DNA from: Saccostrea cucullata
Lineage: Eukaryota
NCBI RefSeq assembly: GCF_032062105.1
Contig: NW_026929545.1
Span: forward strand, 310,001 to 374,000
Length of the DNA stretch: 64,000 bases
Direction: 5' to 3'
This document shows, piece after piece, positions 23,672 through 33,641 of this stretch. A model generated the notes under the pieces. That model saw nothing but the letters and a program-made list of their open reading frames with translations. It had not been told where the DNA came from and made no database searches. Every line of letters starts with the position of its first letter. Position 1 is the stretch's first letter. Made by a program: the position numbers and the translations under genes.

Positions 23672-26600
23672 ATGCTGCCAAATTTCCTTTTATTAACTTT
23701 GATACATTCTATAGCAGCCGTACCCGTTCGGTATGTTTTGGATGTTCAGAAACTTTTTTCTGGTAAGTGTAAATCGTCTCTTGCAACTTTTCAAAAAAAT
23801 TGATGTTATAAAAGAATGAAGTTGAAGATTTGAAGAATGATTGTTGAATGGTAGATGAATTGAATAATTAGATGGTACTTTTAATTTTATTTGAATATTT
23901 TTTGTTTTATATCATCAATCAATCAAAGCTGGATCGGTCCAAAGAAGACAAACATTTGATCCTAACGCCATGATGTTTGCAGGCGGAACTTCCTCCTCCG
24001 GTTCCACATCCAGTAACTCCCAGTACATAGGATCCTTCAACCCTAACCAAATGATGAGCAGCATGGGAAGCGGAATGAATATGTTTAATCCTGGTTCTCA
24101 ATCCGGTGGACAGACTTCGTCACAATCATCAGGTTCCACGGCAACGTTTGATCCTACAAAACTCAACAACCAGTTAAGCAGCTCGTCTGGATCCCAGACC
24201 AGTGGAATGGGTGGGGGATTTAATCCAAATCAGATGATGGGTGGTGGAGGTAGTGGAACATCCACACAACAATCAAGCTCTGGCGGAACTCAGTCCGGAA
24301 GTACAAGTGGAACAAGCAGCTCAGGAACTGGGACCTCGGCATTTGGTGGTAGTTTTAATCCAAACCAACAAGGTGGAGCTCAATTCAACAATCAACTAAG
24401 TAGCTCTACTGGGTCCCAGACAAGTGGTATGGGTGGGGGATTTAATCCAAATCAGATGATGGGCGGTGGAGGTAGTGGAACATCGAGTGGAACTCAGTCC
24501 GGAAGTACCAGTGGTACAAGCAGCTCAGGAACCTCAGCATTTGGTGGTAGCTTTAATTCAAATCAGCAAGGTGGTTCTCAGTTCACAAACCCCATGTCAC
24601 AAATGGGAGGCGGGCAGGGAGGGGCATCATCATCCCTCGTTCCAAATTATAACCCCAATAACGCTGCAGTAAATATGGCAGGCGGGTATGATCCAAATGC
24701 AGCTAACTCCGGACAGGGGACTGGAGGCAACACCCCAACTTTCACCAACGGAATGGGAATGAATGCTAAGCAGCAGTCGATGGGAGGAGGTTCGATGCCA
24801 AGTGGAAATGGCATGACACAGCAATCGGGAAGTGGAAGCGCCATGCTACAAAGTGGTACGAGTAGTGGAGGTGCCTCGTCATTTGGAAGTTCAACAAGCT
24901 CAGGAAGCAGTTCCACTGGAAGCAATACACCTGGAAGTGGAAGTGCGTCCTCCTTTGGAAGTTCATCTGGAACTGGATCAGGCACTTCTTCAAGCGGTAG
25001 TGCTTCTTCTTTTGGTAGTCCAAGTGCATCAGCGAGTACTTCCCAAGGAGGAGCAAATTCATTTGGAAGTCCTACAAACACACAATCTGGGTCTTCAAGT
25101 GGAGGCAGCAGTTCAGGTGCCTCTGCATTTGGTACTCCTATGTCCGGAAGTAGCTCTAGCAGCGGAACATCACAGACTTCCGGTGGGACTTCGATGGCTG
25201 GATCTTTTGATCCTATTAAAACAAATGTCGAAACAACTCAGTCCGGATTCAATCCCTTAAGTCCAGTTTTAGGTATGCTGGAAATATCGATACTCTCACT
25301 TTACACTAAAGTTATTAAAATGAAAAAACGAAAATTTAATCACCGTTGCTCCATTTGGTCTAAAAAATATTTATTCTTCTTTTTTAATAGGAAAGGTACA
25401 AAACTTCATGGGACCCCAGGGTGGTTGTATGTATACCGTTTATCTGTATGTGTCCTAACAGTAATCACATACCTTCTGAATTCCTTTTGGAGACATACTC
25501 TAATTAGTATATAACTATTTTGCTATATTTAAGCATCTGGTGGCACGTTTGATCCTGGTGCAGTTAACACACAAATGGCAGTACAGGGTGCTAGTTTGAA
25601 CATGTTCGGTGGTAAGTACATGTAGAATACACCCAAATACTAATGAACAGTGATAAAAGAACATAGTCTCTGAATGTATAGAATGTTTTATACCATCAGG
25701 CGCTGGAGGTCGGGATGCAAATAAAATGGATGCTAATTCATTAATGGGTGGAGCTCCTGGAATGATGGGTGGGGCGAATCAGGTCAACGGTGGGTCCAGT
25801 GGTGGTAGCGCCGGGGCAAACATGTTTAATCCAATGGGATCAATGATGAGCGGTTCATCCAGTGGCGCTGGTGGGACTTCCGGTCCAATGAATATGATGA
25901 ATACAATGGGATCATCTGTAACAGGACGAACACTCAATTCGGGTGACGTAAAAACTTTTTTATGCTTAAAAAAACCAAACCAAACAAAACAAAAAATTTA
26001 AAGAATAATAGGGCATGAAATACTTATATCTTGACCACGTATTACACTTAATTAACAGGAGGTAGCTCCGTGTCATCTTCCAATCCCATGATGCCTGGTG
26101 GACTTCCACCAGGCGGAAATCCCCTGGATCCAATGGGGGCAATGTCTGGTAATGTTAACTGAATTATCAAATCTTCTCACAAAAACCTAGAAGGAGTGCT
26201 TTTGCTTTAACGCCATTGTATCATTAACCAAAAAATAACTTGCTTTGCATTGTGTTTCAAACGCTTTGTGTTCTCAAGTATTGGTTTTAAAGAAGTGGCT
26301 CGTAAAAAAAACAACATTCAATCATCGCATCGCTATGGAAAGCTAAAGGGTTCAATTTCTAAATTAAAATTCTATATCACTGTTCGCATTTTGTAAAGTC
26401 CACCTTACCTGAAATTTAAGGTGTTGGAATTTTCGAATTTTTGCTTTTTCTGAGAATAGGTTTTTTTCAAAATCATTAAAGCTTATATAGCCTCATTGAA
26501 TTTAATTGAAGAGTATTAAAACCAAGTTAAGAAATGCTTGTTGGCATTTGTAATGTACTTGTCAATCATCAGCTTTCTATCCAAGTCTGTCTTTATGCTA

Positions 26601-26999
26601 TTAGGTGGCGGGGACATTTCTAAGTTTTCTGGAGGTACCAGTCTCGTGGATCCGAAAGGATTTATGAATGGTAAAAATTATCGTTCTTTCTTTATCATCG
26701 AAGAGATGATTATTTTTTCTGAATTAAACATTTCCATTGAGTGGAAAAGTACATCCGTTTTATCATTTTTTTTTAAAGTGTTAGAAAAAAGGGTTATGGC
26801 AAACGATGATCAGGTAGCGTTTTGACATTAGCAACTGTAGAATTTAATAGAGAGAATTAACTTCATAGAAGGTCATATTTTTATATCCGAGAATTGCCAA
26901 CCTATAATTATACCTTTACTCTACCAGACTGAAGCTAAAAATGTATTGTTAATTAAAGATTATTCCTATGATTGAGATAAGGGGACACGAGGGGGGGGG

Positions 27000-27070
<71 letters not shown>

Positions 27071-27907
27071 GAAGTTAGTAACCTTCAAACCTTGATTTTT
27101 TCACAGGAGGAGGATTAACCGGGACCCAGTCAAATCAGTTCTCAATGCTAGGTAAGCGCTTTTTATCTATTTTCATTTTTGCCTTACAAAATATTGTTCG
27201 AAAACGCATGTCTCATTAATTTTTTCCCATTTTTTTTAATACAGGAAAACGTGCAATTAGAGGTAATCTTTATTGTTTTTTCTAACGTTGATTGGAAGCC
27301 AAATGAGGAAAGTTTCGAAATGTATTGTGATAAAATTCCCCTGAAACTTATCAATTTGAGCAGAATTGCAAGATTTATTTAGAATCAAAAATATTTACCA
27401 TCATGTGATTCTTAATTTTGCGAGGACCACCTACTTAGTTTTAGTTTAGTTTAAACCATTTATTTATTTTTAAAAATACAAGCATAGTTTTACAATACAG
27501 ATATTACGTTCGGCTCACACACGATTCGGAAACAAGTTTCAAAAACTTAACTTTATTTGTCTGCCTGTAATTTATTGAAGTAGTGATTTCTTGCTGAGTA
27601 GCACAGAATAATACGGTTTAAAGAAGTTATAATTGCAAGAAAATAAGAATTTGAATACTGCGATACACGAATGCACTTTCACTTGATCGGTACTATTTCT
27701 TTAAAAATTAAATGTATTATTTTCATTTTTTAAAGGTGTGGTCAAGGTATGTTCATTTTTTTAATTTCATATGTTGAATTTTAATACATGTCCCTAAAAT
27801 TTTCAACCGCACTAAAAATAAAATGATCTGAATTTCAGAGAGCAGAAGACAAATACGTGGACTTGTTCTTGTCGCTGTTGGATATTCTTGAGAAAATGTC
27901 AAGATGA
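23672..27907 (+). CDS. Cluster gene 6: 684-aa secreted Gly/Ser/Met-rich precursor with F[DN]PN motifs; exons 23672-23762, 23929-25272, 25534-25611, 25700-25942, 26059-26148, 26605-26670, 27107-27151, 27245-27262, 27736-27746, 27839-27907
   Basis: Signal MLPNFLLLTLIHSIAA; VQRR-QTFDPNAMM; C-terminus FSML-G-KR-AIRGVV-KR-AEDKYVDLFLSLLDILEKMSR*; ten exons in frame (2055 nt); the micro-exons are the least certain part. Confidence 0.8.
27004..27067. repeat. (AT)n microsatellite
   Basis: About 32 uninterrupted AT dinucleotides in a gene 6 intron. Confidence 0.95.
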
Positions 27908-28254
27908 ATAGTCTGTTTTTCTTTTTATGTATATATAAAAAAACATAGTTCTATAACTTATTAGTTTATGTACATTGATTGCATGGCATAGGCGAATTAA
28001 TCACTACAGAACTCCTGTCCAATTCCTGTACTAACAGTGATGGTATATTCATTTCCTTTCTGTATCGAAGATTGATAATATTTCAAGGGTATAGTTCATT
28101 ACCATAATGCTGAAATATCTGAAAATATACTAAAACCTTTACGCTCTAAATATTTCTAAGCAAGTATGAAATTTTAACTCCAAACTAATAAATCATTTCA
28201 AAGGTGTGAAATTTATGTTTATGCCTAGAAATATTTGCGACAAGTGCCTGTAAA

Positions 28255-28556
28255 AACTAGAGGTACTGTAAGCAATGAGCTCACTAAATGATACCCCCGC
28301 TTCCCATTTCAATATAATGACAGTGTCCTTGTTTTGCTGTGGGAAACCCAAAATATGTGTCGGATGAAAAAATAAAATAGGAGGTGCACAATGGCAATAT
28401 GTAATAAAGATTCTGTGTCATCAAATTTCATTCAGTGGTATGAAAGCAGTCTGAAAGGATAAGAGATGGGTATCCCAAAGCGTAACAGACGGACGGACGG
28501 ACATACCGATTACTATATACCCTCCCGCTTTTCAAGCGGGGGGGGGGGGGTAAAAA
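28255..28556 (+). mobile_element. Short Helentron/HINE-like non-autonomous element
   Basis: aactagagg start, (gacg)n microsatellite near 28490, 3' hairpin cccgcttttcaagcggg followed by an A-run. Confidence 0.6.
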
Positions 28557-30029
28557 AATGTTCATAGATTTTCCGAAATAAATTATATTACCTTTTCGTA
28601 GTATTCCCTTATTTTGTTTTCGAGGTACATGTAGGATGACACCCATGAATTCAATACCCCGATGAATTGTAGATTTTCAAATGTATAACGACTCAGTTCT
28701 CCTTCATTCACGAAATTAAATCCCCACTAGCCTATATATCTTTCTCATATCACGAAAATCTTACCCTTTCAGTTTGAAAATATGCGCAACAGATTTTTGA
28801 GGACAACAAGAGTCAAAACAATACATGAAACTCGATATTTAAAAATCATTGCTACGTCCATGAAATTCTAGATAAAATATGGAAATAATACACAGCAATC
28901 TTGCTTTTTAGTCCACTGAACCAATAAAAAGGAGGAGGAAGAGAGTGAATACGAACCTCCGGAAACTTCAGATTTTGGATCATGTGCCATGGAGGGCAAA
29001 AGATATTGCGAAATGTTGACTTTAAATGAGATCAACTTAACGGTACATTGACATCCTTTTTTCATCAAGTTTTTTAATTGTCAATAGTTTGTCTCGTTCT
29101 ACAAAATGTTTGTATGTAGAACATGTTCTTGCTTATCGAATCAACTCCACATGATGATGTTATTTCTATATAAATATTAAATGGAAACTGACGATAGAAA
29201 AGTTGAAGTGAATGCGTTTTTCATAAATTTTTCTAATAAAAAATCTAAAAATTAAACAGAAGTGTAAGATTCTGTAGTATCTTTTATATCAAGTTCACCG
29301 GGATATAACTTAAAAAGAAAGGGATCTACAACTACTTTTCCCAGTCAAGCCAGTAAATTAATAAAAGAATCCCAAGAAGATGGTTTCATTTAATTTTATT
29401 TAAGTATTTCTGATTTAAATTAACGCCGATCCAAAGTCATGCGCTAAGGAACAAAATTGGCTTTTATGGCTCTTCGGAAGCTCAATCCTCTTCAAGCAAA
29501 GTTCCGCGTCATTTTTTAAGAGGAAAATATTTCACAACTTATATACCAATATTGCAAAATCCCAAAGCCTTTTCAGCTTTTGACAATAGAAAGGTAAATC
29601 TAAGACTGGTGCAGTTAGTGCATTTAAAAAAAAAAAAATCTTAATTATTAATCTTATCGTATTTATGTATCTGTTAAACTTAAAGAGCAAAAAATATTGA
29701 AGCTGGGAACAATTAATGAAGAAGCACAAAAATTTGTTTTATAAAAAGGTAAAAAGATTATATCATCAAATGGATAAAATACGTCCAGACTGATGGCGAT
29801 CGAAGACGGACAATGAGATTACAGATATTATAATTTTGTTCCCTTCCTTGGAAGGGATTAGTGACCTGATAAAGAGGCAGGTGAAAGATAAATTATCCTT
29901 ATGTACAATAAATGCTAACCGGAAAAAAATACGTCATGTAAAGGATGAACTTCCTGTTACATAATTTAACGGTAAAATATTGATACCTTAACGTTCTTTA
30001 CTTTAATTTCGATCTAATTACTTGTAACC

Positions 30030-33000
30030 ATGGCGGTTAAATTTGTGTTGATTGGACTGCTTTGTTTAAAGGTTTCGGAGGGTAAGTACGAAGATGTATT
30101 TTTGAGAGGTTGGAAAATACCTACAAATCGTACGTCTTCACTTAAATTCCTTCTATTTGTTGATTTAACTTACTTTTCCAAATATGAAAATAAAGTACAA
30201 ATATAGGACAAGGCTGGGGGTCATGATGCAAAATGCTGATACCAAAAATGTCTTGTCAGAAGGAATATGCACAAAAGCTATGTGAAGGTTCTAGCACTAA
30301 TAGTTAAAAAGTTAAAGCCAAGGTTAAAGTTTATTAAAATTTTGCAAAAGTAGGTCAAACTGCAAAGTCAAGAGGTCAAATATATTTGTACCCAGCGAAA
30401 GATCTTGACGACACACGGAATATATATGTAAAATATATATATACATGTATATAAATACATGTACCTACATGTAAAACTCTTTTTAGATTTTAACAGTAGG
30501 CGTTAAAATGTATTTCATATAAATCAATTTCAAATTCCAAAACAGGACTGCCTATGACCTATAACCCCGCCTTTTATAAGGGCCTGAATATACCAGATTA
30601 TAACCCGAACAGCATTCCCTTTGTCAACTACAACCCTATGAAAGAACAAAAGCCGAGACCCTTCTCCGAGTTTCAGTCCATCACAACATCTGTTCCAGAG
30701 GCTCCTAAAATGAATGTGTTCGGTAACCCTGGAAATGCTGGCATCAAGTTCGATCCTAAAATAGTAACACCTTCACCATTCGACAATTTGAAGTTTGATC
30801 CAAATAACCGAAACTTTTTAAAAGGTTTCAATCCCAACTCTTTTGCAGACAAAGGTAAATTTTTCTGGCATTTGTTTTTACTTTTTTCACATTGTCAAAT
30901 TTGTTTGAGATTAGATGCTACAATCTACCTTTCTTTTCTCAGTAGAGCCATTTCAGGTAGTGCAAGTAACAGAATCAACGGCCGGGCATGACTGGGACGG
31001 CGGATGGCCAGGTCTGTAGGTTATCCAACTAATATAGACGTTTCACTTAAGATATGGGATTGTAGTTCACAGATACAGAAACAATAAAAAGGTGGATGTA
31101 CTCGTACACTCAGGCACTGCCAAATTTCACCATTTAAATCTAGAAAAATCAGGGTATAACAATCTAGAGTTAAAATACAGTACTATAATTGGAAACGAAA
31201 AATTCTTCTTAATATTATCGTGTACGTAAAACACAGATCACTATTGTTACAGATCACTAAACGGATACACCATGGAATAATATCCAAAGCTGCTGACATC
31301 TAGCTTAAAATTTCCCCGTTTTTATTACATTTTGCAGCTGGCAAAAGTAATGGAATGGTTCAAACAAAAGCAAACGAGAAAACAGAATCAGGAGCAAACT
31401 CCTCTGGAAACAGCGGAAAAAATGTCTTCGGTAGCTCAGGAAAATCCTGGGATGGAAGCTGGCCAGAGGGTAGTTAGAACGTCATATCACAACATAATAC
31501 AGATAGTCCGCAGATAAATATTTCATTTCAAGCAAGCATGAAAATGATTGCATTTTAAAAATTGCAGGGGATGTAAAAGAATTTTCCTCAAAAGCTACAG
31601 AATCATGGAATTCAGCGGTAGGCGCCAAACAAGTCAATAAAAACTGGCAAGGTAACCGACCTCCCACGTACTTGAAACGATCTCGACTGAGTACTAATAT
31701 TTTTTATATTAATAGTCTCATATTCTTTATCATTTCAGATAATTCAGGAGATTTCTCAAATAAAGCTACAGATTCATGGAACAAAGCACTGAATCAGGGT
31801 AAAAATCAAGGTAAATCAAAACAATCAGAACTCGTTTGACTATTCATTGAATAGTGCAAATTTGTGTGTCGGAAAAATTGAGATCATTGAACACAGATTT
31901 TTTTCCCCCGGAGAGTTGCATTTCTGCAGCTATTCATTGAATAGTTATACAAGGTATATTTCATTTCAAACGAGTATGTTATATTAAATTGCACGGGATA
32001 TAAAAGAATATTTGCATCCACTGAATATTATTTATTTTTTCTCCAGAAAATATCAGATAAAAATATCGAACAGGGATACATTATTGCAGCTATTACACGG
32101 AATATATGGTTTTATATGTCCCAGATTCTTTATCATTTCAGATAATTCAGGAGATTTCTCAAATAAAGCTACAGATTCATGGAACGAAGCACTGAATCAG
32201 GATAAAAATAAAGGTAAATCGCATATTTAATATCATACATAAATATACTAAAATGATGTGGATACGTTGTACAAGATTTTGTATTCACACCAAACAAGCA
32301 AATACCGGTACGTGACAATATAATGATTACCCCAAATTACAACAATGCTTACATATGAGTCATCTTAATCTCAGCTGAGATTTGTCTGGATTTTGATAAT
32401 CAGACTGGACAAGTCAGTGCAAATATCGAACAAGTAAAATTTAAGCTGAAATTTTCTGAGAACTTCTCTACATTGGAAGTGAAAAGGGTTTAAATGCATA
32501 ATTTTTTTTTGACCAATTAAATGAAAAAAAAAACCTTGGTTCAATTGTTGTATAGCAAAATATTTGGAATGAAGTTTCATTGATGTAATAAGATGTGACA
32601 TGAAAAATTATCGTCATTGGATTTCCAGCACATTGATACAAAAGTACCCCCTTGATTTTAATACTTTGTCTTCTATCGCTTTTAAAATACTAGTATAAAG
32701 AGGACATAAACAAGGACCCCTGCAAACTCCAGATTTGCCTTGGAATCAAGTGCTTAGGAACACTCCATGGTCAATTTCAGTCAAAAACAAAACAAAGGTC
32801 TGGCAATCTGCATGAAAAAAAAAGTCTGCCAAAATATGACCAATGATGGGTTATATCTCTTAACAAGGTCATAGTAATGACCATAGAATTTAAAGGAGAT
32901 TGCTGAAATCTATGTAACATCAGCTTATAAAATGATGCCAAATGCCATGAACCGATGACCTTTTAGGTTTCCACTTGCTAAAACTTTCCAACAATGTACT

Positions 33001-33094
33001 CCTCATTCTATTTTCAGGAAACAAAAATGGACTGGAAGAAGTGGATGAGATCATTCAGAGCTTGATAGCGGCACTAGAAAAGCTGTATTCATAA
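30030..33094 (+). CDS. Cluster gene 7: 288-aa secreted protein with [FY][DN]P motifs and Trp-containing exon repeats; exons 30030-30081, 30546-30854, 30943-31011, 31338-31469, 31568-31651, 31739-31810, 32142-32213, 33018-33094
   Basis: Signal MAVKFVLIGLLCLKVSEG-LP; YNPA, YNPN, FDPK, FDPN, FNPN; all introns phase-1 GT-AG; ends LEEVDEIIQSLIAALEKLYS*. Confidence 0.8.
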
Positions 33095-33641
33095 CTGATA
33101 AAAACCACAGTGTACAATAATGTAAAGTTAACACAATACTTATAATAATTTTAATTGTAATTTTGTATGTCATATGATTTTCATGTTCGATAGCATTCAT
33201 TTCTGTTGTTCTTGACCAATGTTTTATGAGTATTTACAATGCAAAATTAAAATGATTTTCCTTGAAGCACTTGTTCATTACTTTCATAATCAGTCAAAAT
33301 TTCACTCATTTCATCTTCTCGTTAACAAGGAAACATTTGTAATCATTTTATCACACATTTGAACCTAATGTATGAACATCACATACATTTACTGAATTAC
33401 ACCCTGATTTCATCTTGCATGATTCTTGATGGTATGTCTGTCAGTAAATTCAGTACATGAACCACAACCGCGATGTAGAACCTGGATTGTCTTGATGGAA
33501 TGGAAGCCGAATAGAATTGGGGGACTGGGATCTATTCATACAGCACTGTGACAGTTGTGCTGGAATCAATCACATCATTTCATACACACTTTCCCGCTTT
33601 GGCACATAACTCTACACACACACAGTCTAATCACACAAGCA

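Noticed and set aside
23929-25272. FG-nucleoporin or fibroin identity for gene 6 (and gene 3)
   Set aside because: FG and GS motifs are compositional only; signal peptides and convertase sites indicate secretion and no nucleoporin domain is visible
25273-25514. Hydrophobic/basic tail of the 514-aa ORF suggesting a membrane anchor
   Set aside because: Composition changes abruptly at a G|gtatg donor; this is intron read-through
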